64,000 nucleotides of DNA from Verrucomicrobiota bacterium (GTDB lineage: Bacteria > Verrucomicrobiota > Verrucomicrobiia > Limisphaerales > CANJSG01): contig JBBQXJ010000002.1 of NCBI GenBank assembly GCA_038209745.1, forward strand, positions 1-64,000. Direction: 5' to 3'. The notes beneath the pieces were generated by a model. It did no database searches and was not told where the DNA came from. It worked only from the letters and a program-made list of their open reading frames with translations. The position numbers and the translations under genes were made by a program. Of this stretch, positions 22,100 through 30,668 are shown piece after piece; positions within the stretch are counted from its first letter, which is position 1, and each line of letters opens with the position of its first letter.

Positions 22100-22933
22100 A
22101 TGAAAGCCGCCTTCCAAAAAGACGACGCCCTGTTGGACGACATCGCCCAAGCGCGGGGCGAGGGTCGCTCGCGGATTTGGTGGTTGGGGCAAAGCGGCTT
22201 TCTCCTCTCCACGCCCGGCGGCATGGTTCTGTTCGATCCGTATCTGTCCGACTCGCTCACCCGCAAATACGCCGCGACCGACAAGCCGCACGCCCGCATC
22301 ACCGAGCGCGTGGTCGCGCCCGAACGGTTGACCGGCATCGATGTCGTCACCAGCTCGCACAACCACACCGACCACCTGGACGCGGAAACGCTCCTGCCGC
22401 TGCTCGCCGCCAATCCCGCGGCCACACTGCTCGTTCCCAGGGCCAACCGCGCCTTCGTCGAGGAGCGTCTCGGTCACATCGGAAACCCGCTCGCGGAGAT
22501 CGACGCCGGTGAACAGGTCACGGTTGCGGGCATCGGGTTCCATGGCATCGCGGCGGCCCACAACACGGTCGAACGCGACGAGCGGGGCTGTTGCCGTTTT
22601 CTCGGTTTCGTCGCACGGCTCGCGGGAATGACCGTCTATCACAGTGGCGACACTTTGCTGCACCAGGGCTTGGTTCCGGCTCTCTCGCCTTTTCAACCGG
22701 ATGTCGCGCTCGTCCCCATCAACGGCAACCGACCGGAACGCCGGGTCGCCGGGAATTTGAACGGACGCGAAGCCGCGCAACTGGCCCACACCGTCGGTGC
22801 AGGCCTCGCCGTTCCGCATCACTACGACATGTTCGAGTTCAACACGGCGACCACGGCCGAGTTCGAGGCTGAATGCCGCCGGCTCGGGCAAAAGTTCCGG
22901 TCGCTGCGAATCGGGGAAGGGGTGGACCTGTGA
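22100..22933 (+). CDS. MBL-fold metallo-hydrolase (UlaG-like lactonase)
   Basis: WWLGQSGF, DPYLS, SHNHTDHLD, HSGDT, PHHYDMF. Confidence 0.85.
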   Translation: MKAAFQKDDALLDDIAQARGEGRSRIWWLGQSGFLLSTPGGMVLFDPYLSDSLTRKYAATDKPHARITERVVAPERLTGIDVVTSSHNHTDHLDAETLLPLLAANPAATLLVPRANRAFVEERLGHIGNPLAEIDAGEQVTVAGIGFHGIAAAHNTVERDERGCCRFLGFVARLAGMTVYHSGDTLLHQGLVPALSPFQPDVALVPINGNRPERRVAGNLNGREAAQLAHTVGAGLAVPHHYDMFEFNTATTAEFEAECRRLGQKFRSLRIGEGVDL

Positions 22934-23002
22934 TGCCCGTCGGGACTTGGCCGCGTGGCCCGATGCCACGGTGTCGCTGGTCGTGAAGAGCCGGTTTGCC
23001 CC

Positions 23003-24115
23003 ATGCCCAAGTCCACGCGCAACTACGACCTGTCAGCCAAAGCGGTGGATCGGACCTTTCCCGCGCCGCTTCTGCCCTACGAGCCGCCGCATCCCCGTCG
23101 CTACCGGCCGAAGATCGGCTTGATCGGCTGCGGCGGCATCGCCGCCTCGCATCTGCGCGCCTACCGCGCCGCCGGCTGGGAGGTCGTGGCGCTTTGCAAC
23201 CGCTCCGTGGCCGCCGCCGAAGCGCGCCGACTTGAATTCTATCCCGACGCCCGCGTCTACACCGACTTCCGGGAGTTGCTGGCCCACCCAGGCATCGACG
23301 TGGTGGACATCGCCCTGCATCCCGAACCCCGCGTGGAGGCGATCGAAGCCGCGCTGAACGCCGGCAAACACGTCCTCAGCCAGAAACCCTTCGTCCAGGA
23401 TCTCAAGATTGGCCAACGCCTCGTCGCCCTTGCCCGGAAACGCGGCTGCAAGCTCGCGGTCAACCACAACGGCCGCTGGGCGCCCTACTTCAGCTATCTC
23501 AACCACGCCATCCGCGCCGGACACATCGGCGAGGTCCAGACCGTCGCGATGCGCCTGAATTGGGACCACACCTGGATCAAGGGCACGCCGTTCGAGCAGA
23601 TGCGCCATGTCGTCCTCCACGACTTCGCCATCCACTGGTTCGACATGGCCGCCCAGTTCTTCCACGGCCGAGAAGCCCGCTCCGTCTTCGCCGCCAATGC
23701 CTTCGCGCCCGGCCAGACGCTCCAGTCCCCGATGATCGCCGCCGCGACCATCGTCTTCGATCACGGCACCGCTTCGCTCCAGTTCGACGCCCACTCCCGC
23801 TTTGAGCCGATGGAATCCATCTGCGTCACCGGTTCCGCCGGCACCCTGCGGGCCGAAGGCCCCATCTGCGCCGCGCACGACGTGACCCTGGTCAACCAAC
23901 GCGGCATGGCCCGTCCCGAGCTGAAAGGGAAATGGTTCGACGACGGCTTCCGCGGCACGATGGGTGAACTCCTCTGCGCCATCGAATCGGACCGTGAACC
24001 GTCGAACTCCGGCGCCGACAGTCTGCCCGGTCTCGCGCTCTGTTTCGCCGCCATCCGGTCGGCCGACAGCGGGCGCGCCGTTCATTTTGGAAAGGCGGGA
24101 AGTCTCGCGAAATAA
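23003..24115 (+). CDS. Gfo/Idh/MocA oxidoreductase
   Basis: IGCGGIA, SQKP, DFAIHWFD. Confidence 0.85.
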   Translation: MPKSTRNYDLSAKAVDRTFPAPLLPYEPPHPRRYRPKIGLIGCGGIAASHLRAYRAAGWEVVALCNRSVAAAEARRLEFYPDARVYTDFRELLAHPGIDVVDIALHPEPRVEAIEAALNAGKHVLSQKPFVQDLKIGQRLVALARKRGCKLAVNHNGRWAPYFSYLNHAIRAGHIGEVQTVAMRLNWDHTWIKGTPFEQMRHVVLHDFAIHWFDMAAQFFHGREARSVFAANAFAPGQTLQSPMIAAATIVFDHGTASLQFDAHSRFEPMESICVTGSAGTLRAEGPICAAHDVTLVNQRGMARPELKGKWFDDGFRGTMGELLCAIESDREPSNSGADSLPGLALCFAAIRSADSGRAVHFGKAGSLAK

Positions 24116-24176
24116 GATCAACGGTTCGACAGAACCGGCGATTCCCACGTCGCGTATTCCCCTGCGTCTCGGTGGG

Positions 24177-25328
24177 TCAGGGTTGGGAAACCGGGGCAAC
24201 GACTTGGCTGTCCGTTCGGCCGCGAGCGGTTGATCGGTGGGCCGTCCCGGCTTTGGAGGCGGCATAGCGGACGGCTCGAAGCAGTCGTGTGTCGCTTTGC
24301 TCGGCCCAGGTGCGGAATCGTTCCTGGGCAGGGCCGGTGCGGGCGGTCAGGAGCGGGTCGAGGTCGAAGCCCGCCGCGGGCAGGGCGATGCCGCATTTCT
24401 CGGCGTCCACCGCGTTGAGCGCCTGTTCGATGTGGCCCCGCACGGGCACCGCGAGCGCCGGTTTCCCCAGCCAAGCGGCCTCGGACAGCGACTCGAAGCC
24501 CGCCGTGCAAACCACGCCGCGGCAGTTCGCCATCAGGTTCAGGAACTTCTCCCCGTGTAGCCGATGGAACGTGAGCGTGGGGTCCACGGACTCGGTTTCC
24601 ACCGCATCCGCCCGGTCGTAGAAGACGTGCAGCGGAATCTCCGGATGCCGCCGGTGCCACGCCTCGATCTCTGGGCGATAGCCCGCGTTCAGAAGATAGA
24701 CCAGCAGGTGCCCCGCGTTGTTACCGCGTTCGAGATGGAAGAGTTCGTCGCGCAGCAGCGGCGGGGCGACGAACAGATCGCGCTCCGGCACGTCGGGCGC
24801 TTCATAGAACGACAGGGCGTAGTGCACGGCGCGCGCTCCGGTCACACGGACGTAGTTCCGCAATCCCATGGCGGACATCGGCGAACCGGGCGGCTTGGGG
24901 TAGGCCGGGTGGGCCAGCATGAACTGGTGCCCGACCGCCAGCACGGGCGCGCCGAGACCGCGCAGCCGGGAGCAGACGCCGACCAGGGGCTCCAGGAAGT
25001 TGATGATGAGGTCGGGCGCGGAGTCGCGGACGGCGCACTGCAGCGTATCGAGACTGCGGCGGTAGTGGCCGGCGCGCGTGATGAACTGCCACGCCGTCGC
25101 GGGCAGGTTCACCTGCCGTCCGTTGCGATAGACGAAGCCGGGGCTGGCCAGCCGGTGGACGGGCGTGTCGAAGCCGCGCTCAAAAAAGTCCGGCCAGCTC
25201 CGGTTGCGGTGCGCCCCGGCCAGCACGCCCACCACCTGGTGACGGTTCCGGCGGCACCATTGCTGGACCGCCAGCGCCTGGGTCATGTGCCCCCGACCTT
25301 CGCCCTGGACTGTGAAGAGGATTTTCAT
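24177..25328 (-). CDS. GT-B glycosyltransferase (MJ1255/VC2487-like)
   Basis: VQGEGRGH, FLEP, TAGFESLSEA, GHIEQALNA. Confidence 0.85.
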   Translation of the reverse strand: MKILFTVQGEGRGHMTQALAVQQWCRRNRHQVVGVLAGAHRNRSWPDFFERGFDTPVHRLASPGFVYRNGRQVNLPATAWQFITRAGHYRRSLDTLQCAVRDSAPDLIINFLEPLVGVCSRLRGLGAPVLAVGHQFMLAHPAYPKPPGSPMSAMGLRNYVRVTGARAVHYALSFYEAPDVPERDLFVAPPLLRDELFHLERGNNAGHLLVYLLNAGYRPEIEAWHRRHPEIPLHVFYDRADAVETESVDPTLTFHRLHGEKFLNLMANCRGVVCTAGFESLSEAAWLGKPALAVPVRGHIEQALNAVDAEKCGIALPAAGFDLDPLLTARTGPAQERFRTWAEQSDTRLLRAVRYAASKAGTAHRSTARGRTDSQVVAPVSQP

Positions 25329-26049
25329 TGAAGCGTAGCAGTTCAAAACTCCCGTCGAAGTGTTCGACCAAGGCGGTGCAACTTTCCACCCAGTCGCCGC
25401 AGTTGAGATAGTCCATCCCGTGGATCTTCCGCATCTCCGCCCGATGGATGTGGCCGCAGATGACACCGTGGACGTTCGCCTTGGCCGCCAATTGCACCAT
25501 GCCCTCTTCGAACTTGGTCACGTAGCGCACGGCCGACTTGGCCCGGTATTTTAAGAACGCAGCCACCGACCAATAGCCGAAGCCGAGCCGCCGCCGGATC
25601 CGGTTGAAGTAGAGATTGAAGCCGAGGATGCCTTCGTAGAGCCGGGCGCCGGTGCGCTCCAACAGCCGGTTGAAGTGGATGAGGCCGTCGAGCTGGTGTC
25701 CGTGGAGGACGAGGAAGCGGCGCTTGTCGGCCGTGATGTGGATGGCCCGTTCCGCCAGCCGCACGCCGCTGAGGTTCACCCCCACGAAGTTCCGGAGAAA
25801 CTCGTCGTGGTTGCCGTAGAGGTAGGTGACCCGCGTGTCCTTGCGCTGCTTTCTGAGAATCTTTTGGACGACGGTGTTCGCGTGGGTGTCCCAGTGCCAG
25901 CGCCGCTTCAGTTCCCAGCCATCGACGATGTCGCCGACGAGGTAGAGGTGGCGGCACTCCGCGTCGCGGAGGAAGTCGAGCAGGCGTTCCGCTTGGGCGT
26001 GGCGGCTGCCCAGGTGCAGGTCGGAGATCCAGATCGCTCGGTAGTTCAT
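25180..26049 (-). CDS. UDP-2,3-diacylglucosamine hydrolase-like metallophosphoesterase
   Basis: SDLHLG, GDIVDG, GNHDE, HGH, CGHIH, NCGDWVESCTAL. Confidence 0.88.
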   Translation of the reverse strand: MNYRAIWISDLHLGSRHAQAERLLDFLRDAECRHLYLVGDIVDGWELKRRWHWDTHANTVVQKILRKQRKDTRVTYLYGNHDEFLRNFVGVNLSGVRLAERAIHITADKRRFLVLHGHQLDGLIHFNRLLERTGARLYEGILGFNLYFNRIRRRLGFGYWSVAAFLKYRAKSAVRYVTKFEEGMVQLAAKANVHGVICGHIHRAEMRKIHGMDYLNCGDWVESCTALVEHFDGSFELLRFNENPLHSPGRRSGAHDPGAGGPAMVPPEPSPGGGRAGRGAPQPELAGLF

Positions 26050-26233
26050 GGCGTCCCGGCGCAAGGGTTGGCGCCATCGGACGCCTGCTTCTACATCATG
26101 ACTGTCGGGAGGACTTCAAGCACGGCGGCGGACCGTCGCCAAAGTGTCACGCTCCCGTTGCAGCTGTAACGGAGCTGCCTTCGTTCGGGATGGTTTGGAA
26201 CTCCCTTTGAGAACGTCGGCTGTTTGAACGGGA

Positions 26234-26450
26234 TTCGCTCTTCCCGTTTCTCGTTGCTGCGTTAAAACGCCTCCTGTGATTCCGGACTCGGCCCAACTGC
26301 TCGACCTGCTGAAGCAACACTTCGGCTACGAGTCGTTCCGCCCGTTGCAGGAGGCGATCGTCGGCGAGGTGTTGGTGGGGAAAAACACGCGTTGGCCGCT
26401 GCCCCTGGCGGGTGCGAGTTGCTGTGTTCCGGGTCGCCGGTGTCGCTGCC
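26234..26450 (+). pseudogene. recQ: Truncated duplicate of the recQ upstream region and 5' end
   Basis: Matches sequence from 30627 onward; GTG 26276 gives IPDSAQLLDLLKQHFGYESFRPLQE, one base different from the main copy over these codons, then degenerates. Confidence 0.85.
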
Positions 26451-26452
26451 GG

Positions 26453-27193
26453 CTATCTTGCCGGGGTGTCGCACGCTTGGGCCGTCCCGGTCTTCCCGAC
26501 GGCCGGGACGCGTTTTCGTTCGTTCAGAAGATGGAGCAGCCGGAGGAGGTCGTCCTCGGTGATGTCCACGAATGAATCGAGCGAGCGAATGGCGGTCGTG
26601 ATCTCTTCATGGGAAGGGTCCGAGGCCGGAGCCACCGAATGGGCGGCGACCAGTTCCGCATGGTTCGCATAGGCCGGATAGCGTCGCCAACGGAAACAGG
26701 CGTTGAACAGCACGGCGACGGCCACCATCGCGACGACGTTCAGCAGCACCGGGAACAGGATGAAGTGGAAGCCCAGGCGATGGACCTCCGGACTCCCGAG
26801 CACCGCGGTCAGGGCGGTCGCGCCTCCGGGCGGGTGGATGCACTTCAGCTGGTGCATGGCGACGATGGCCAGTCCCACCGCGCAGGCGCCCGCCAATGGC
26901 GGCGATTGGATCCACTTGCCGCAGGCGACCCCGATCAGGGCCGAAAAGCCGTGTCCCGCGACGACGGGCCACGGTTGCGAGAGCTGGCCGTGGGGCACGG
27001 CGAACAGCAGCACGGCGCTGGCTCCCATCGACGCGATCAGACCCAGGGCCATGTCGGCATGGAAAACGCGCCCGCAGAGGAAGACGGTGAAGAGGATGGA
27101 AACGAAGCCTCCGAGTCCGGAAATGAGCTTCTCCTTGGGGCTGACTTCGTTCAGCTCGACACCCAGCCACTGGGTCCAAAACTTCAGATTCAT
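26453..27193 (-). CDS. HPP family membrane protein
   Basis: ASMGASAVLLF, SQPW, HPPGGATAL. Confidence 0.9.
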   Translation of the reverse strand: MNLKFWTQWLGVELNEVSPKEKLISGLGGFVSILFTVFLCGRVFHADMALGLIASMGASAVLLFAVPHGQLSQPWPVVAGHGFSALIGVACGKWIQSPPLAGACAVGLAIVAMHQLKCIHPPGGATALTAVLGSPEVHRLGFHFILFPVLLNVVAMVAVAVLFNACFRWRRYPAYANHAELVAAHSVAPASDPSHEEITTAIRSLDSFVDITEDDLLRLLHLLNERKRVPAVGKTGTAQACDTPAR

Positions 27194-27257
27194 TCAGTTC
27201 CACACCGAGGCGGACCAGCCAAAACAGCCTGGGCCCGTGGGCACGGACGGCGGTGGA

Positions 27258-27276
27258 TATATCGTGGCGCGATAAA
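27258..27276. promoter_or_regulatory. Putative MarR operator upstream of the HPP gene
   Basis: TATATCG-TGGCG-CGATAAA, near-copy of the palindrome at 27769. Confidence 0.6.
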
Positions 27277-27278
27277 CG

Positions 27279-27719
27279 TCAAGTTTCTTCCGGCCCGGGC
27301 CGGCGCGCCAGCTGTTCGAGCAGTCCGGTGATGTGAGGAGCGACCTTTTCCAATTGGGAGTGGTGGGCGGCCGATAGCTTCTCCAGCAGCTTTTCACCCT
27401 TGGCGGTCATGGAAATGTCCACTTGTCGCCGGTCTTGCTCGGAGGGTTGGCGCTGGAGGAGATCCAGTGCGGCCAGGCGATCTATCAGTCCCACGGCGCT
27501 GTGGTGTCTAAGTTGCAGGCGCTCGGCCAGTTCTCCGACCGAGACGCAGTCGCGTCCGGGAAAGCCCTTGATCGCCAGCAGGGCCTGGTGTTGTTGGGGC
27601 GTCAGCCCTACCGATTTCGCCGAGTCTTCGCTGAAACGCAGGAACAGGCGCAGCGCATAGCGGAACGACGCCAGGGTCTGATATTGGGCCTTGGTGACGC
27701 GGCGTTTGGAGGACGACAT
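27279..27719 (-). CDS. MarR family transcriptional regulator
   Basis: LTPQQHQALL, VGELAERL, LIDRL, DRR winged-helix signature. Confidence 0.9.
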   Translation of the reverse strand: MSSSKRRVTKAQYQTLASFRYALRLFLRFSEDSAKSVGLTPQQHQALLAIKGFPGRDCVSVGELAERLQLRHHSAVGLIDRLAALDLLQRQPSEQDRRQVDISMTAKGEKLLEKLSAAHHSQLEKVAPHITGLLEQLARRPGPEET

Positions 27720-27768
27720 GGGACTTTGATAGCAGAGAGTTGGGAGCGAATCGAGATTCGGATTGAAC

Positions 27769-27787
27769 TATATCGCACTACGATATA
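27769..27787. promoter_or_regulatory. Putative MarR operator in the divergent marR/ClC promoter
   Basis: Perfect inverted repeat TATATCG-CACTA-CGATATA in an 80-bp AT-rich gap. Confidence 0.7.
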
Positions 27788-27799
27788 CATTTTGCAGCG

Positions 27800-29596
27800 A
27801 TGTTTCCAGCCTTCAGCCGTCTCTGGGCGGCCGCCCCTTCACCGGCCGCGCCGCCGCCGGACACCTTGTCTGACTTTACGGTGGACCGAAGGGTTCTGCT
27901 GCTCGCGGCGATGTCGGTGGTGTTGGGAGCGCTCAGCTCCGGGGTGGCCCTGGTGCTGATTTGGTTGATCAACGTGGTCACCAATCTCGCGTTTCATCTT
28001 CGTTTCTCGGCCGAGCCTGCCGTGCCGCAAGGGCACCTTCTGGGCGGATGGGTCGTGGTGGTTCCGGTGATCGGAGCCGTGATCATCGGGCTGATGGCGC
28101 GCTTCGGTTCGGACAAGATCCGGGGCCACGGCATACCAGAAGCCCTGGAGGCGATCTTGCTGAGACAAAGCCGCATCCAGCCGAAGGTCGCCTTCCTGAA
28201 GCCGATCTCGGCCGCGATCTCCATTGGAACCGGGGGGCCGTTCGGCGCAGAAGGCCCGATCATCATGACCGGAGGCGCGGTCGGTTCGATCTTTGCCCAG
28301 CGGTTCCACCTGACGGCCTCCGAACGGAAGACGCTGCTGGTCGCGGGTGCGGCCGGCGGCATGGCGGCGATCTTTGCCACGCCCCTGGCCGCAGTGCTTT
28401 TGGCGGTCGAACTGATGCTGTTCGAGTGGCGCCCCAGGAGCTTGATTCCGGTCGTCGTTGCGGCCGTGGCAGCGGCCGTGTTCCGCGTTCCGCTTCTGGG
28501 AGCCGGACCGGTTTTTCCGGTGATCGCTCATGGCGCGCTCACGGGATGGGAAGTCCTGGTCGCCGCCGCCATCGGCATCGTCGCGGGCTTCGGCGCGGGC
28601 GGCCTGACCGCGCTGGTCTACGGCATGGAGGATCTGTTCCACAAACTGCCCGTTCATTGGATGTGGTGGCCCGCGATCGGCGCCGTGGTGGTGGGTCTTG
28701 GCGGGATCGTTGATCCGCGCGTCCTCGGGGTCGGATACGAGACCATCCACGCTCTTCTGCGAGGGGAGATGATCGGGGCGGTTGTCGTGGGACTGATGGT
28801 GGCGAAGGCCGTCGTGTGGACGACCGCGCTCGGCTCGGGAACCTCCGGCGGGGTGCTGGCACCATTGTTGATTCTGGGAGGATCACTCGGCGCGCTGTTG
28901 GCGGGGTTTCTTCCCATTGGTGACGCGGGCCTTTGGGCGATGGTCGGGATGGCCGCGATGATGGGCGGAACGATGCGTGCGCCGTTGGCGGCGACCGTCT
29001 TCGCGGTGGAGTTGACCCATGATTTCAACGCGCTCCCGGCCACGCTGATCGGCTGCGCGGCCTCCTACTGCGTGATGGTGCTGTTGATGCGCCGGTCCAT
29101 CCTGACCGAAAAGCTCGCCCGTCGCGGGCAACACATCGCCTGCGAATACGCGGTGGATCCGTTCGAGTTGATCCGCGTGGGCGACGTCATGGACCCGGAG
29201 GTGCCGAGCGTCCCGGAGAGCACGACCGTGGCGGAGCTGCTCGCCCGCATAGAACAGCACGATCCTAAGCTTTCAAGCCGACAAGGAACGCTCGTGATGG
29301 ACGCTTCGGGGAACCTATCGGGAATTCTGACCCGCAGCGATCTGCTCCGGGAACTTCGTCGCGATCCGGCAGGGACCATTTCCGTCGGCGAATTCGCCCG
29401 GAAAGACCTGGTGGTGGCCCATCCGGACGAGCCGTTGCAGGTCGTCCTCAACAAGATGCTCGAACGGAACATCGGACGGGTTCCGGTGATGGACCGGAAC
29501 CGGCCTGGTCAAGTGGTCGGCTATCTGGGCCGGGCAGCCATTCTCTCGGCCAGAACGCGGTTCCACTTGGAAGAGCGTGTCCGCGAGAAGGGCTGA
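27800..29596 (+). CDS. ClC family anion channel/transporter with CBS pair
   Basis: GHGIPE, GAEGP, GTSGGVLAP, MRAPL; C-terminal CBS domains. Confidence 0.9.
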   Translation: MFPAFSRLWAAAPSPAAPPPDTLSDFTVDRRVLLLAAMSVVLGALSSGVALVLIWLINVVTNLAFHLRFSAEPAVPQGHLLGGWVVVVPVIGAVIIGLMARFGSDKIRGHGIPEALEAILLRQSRIQPKVAFLKPISAAISIGTGGPFGAEGPIIMTGGAVGSIFAQRFHLTASERKTLLVAGAAGGMAAIFATPLAAVLLAVELMLFEWRPRSLIPVVVAAVAAAVFRVPLLGAGPVFPVIAHGALTGWEVLVAAAIGIVAGFGAGGLTALVYGMEDLFHKLPVHWMWWPAIGAVVVGLGGIVDPRVLGVGYETIHALLRGEMIGAVVVGLMVAKAVVWTTALGSGTSGGVLAPLLILGGSLGALLAGFLPIGDAGLWAMVGMAAMMGGTMRAPLAATVFAVELTHDFNALPATLIGCAASYCVMVLLMRRSILTEKLARRGQHIACEYAVDPFELIRVGDVMDPEVPSVPESTTVAELLARIEQHDPKLSSRQGTLVMDASGNLSGILTRSDLLRELRRDPAGTISVGEFARKDLVVAHPDEPLQVVLNKMLERNIGRVPVMDRNRPGQVVGYLGRAAILSARTRFHLEERVREKG

Positions 29597-29641
29597 CACT
29601 GCGAAGATTGGCGCGTCTGTAGTCACGAATCCGAAATTGAT

Positions 29642-29713
29642 ATGCTGAAACTTCTACTCCTCAAAATCCTGCTCGCCGGGCTGTCCGGCTGGATCATCGT
29701 GGCGCTGCTTTGA
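29642..29713 (+). CDS. Possible 23-aa hydrophobic peptide MLKLLLLKILLAGLSGWIIVALL
   Basis: Hand-translated ORF 45 bp after the ClC stop; single TM-like helix; no clear RBS. Confidence 0.3.
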   Translation: MLKLLLLKILLAGLSGWIIVALL

Positions 29714-29931
29714 TGCGCTGATGGAAGGCCGCGAAGGAACTCGGCGACAGAGTAACTGCGGCGCGGACTCGGTTTCCGAATCAACCGGGATCGGGCAAAC
29801 CGCCGATGGCGGACGAGTGTAACTCGTCCACCGTCACGAAACCATTCGCGTGGGGTTGTGCCCGCCTCGTTTCGTTGCATTCCCTCTTGGTTTGGGGAAC
29901 GTGGCCTATAGGCCGTCTGGCGGTTTGGGGA

Positions 29932-30495
29932 TCAATTCGCCTTTTTCAAACAACGGCGGGCTTCCTCGAATCCAACGCGGGCCGCCGGGATCGGTCCAAT
30001 GGTCTCGCCGGCGAAAAGCCATTCTTCTGGCCGGCCGACCAATCCGGCACCGACGGGATTCAACTTCACGGATTCCCATTTCCGCGCGGCGCTCTCCGGG
30101 GTGCGGAATTTGAGGTCGTGGAATCCTTCCTGCCATCGCCACGGACGCGGGATTCGGCGCATCCGTCCGGGGCGTTCTGGATCGGGCTCCAAACCAGCCA
30201 CGACGGTCTTCATCGCCTTGATCCATTGGCCCAACACGACGGCGTCCGGCGCCATCGTTGCCATCAGATGCAGGTGGCCGGGCATGACCACGAATCCGCC
30301 GGCGAACCATCCTTAGCGCGTGGGGCTGTCGAGAAGGAAGGTTGCCGTCCGTTCGTAGGTTTCCCGTGTGGCCAAAACCCGTTGGCGGTCTTGGACGCAT
30401 CCGGTGACGACGAACCGGATCGCACCGGCCGCATCGGGCCAGATCCGGTGAAGCCGACGCAATCCCCGAGACGGGGAATCGGGCGGACGGGGCAT
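29932..30495 (-). pseudogene. REP-associated tyrosine transposase (RAYT, Y1 HUH), inactivated
   Basis: Two same-frame ORFs split by TAA at 30313-30315; VVMPGHLH (HUH), WQEGFHD, KWESVKLNPV with Ser where catalytic Tyr is expected. Confidence 0.8.
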
Positions 30496-30578
30496 GGAGG
30501 ATCGATGTCACGAAATGGTGCGGCGGTCGATGGTCGATTGGGCGGGAGGGCGGGAGGGCGTCGACTTGAAACGGAGCT

Positions 30579-30601
30579 CCGGGTCGGGGCACCCGGCCTA
30601 C
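30579..30601 (-). repeat. GTAG-type REP element next to the RAYT pseudogene
   Basis: Minus strand GTAGGCCGGGTGCCCCGACCCGG: GTAG followed by an imperfect hairpin. Confidence 0.7.
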
Positions 30602-30668
30602 ATCGGTCACGGTGTTTGTTTTTTGTTTCGCTCTTCTCGTTTTCGTTTGCTGCGTTAAAAACGCTCGC

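Noticed and set aside
27800..29596. Fluoride exporter with fluoride riboswitch
   Set aside because: Lacks fluoride-ClC motifs; upstream element is a DNA palindrome and no riboswitch was recognised
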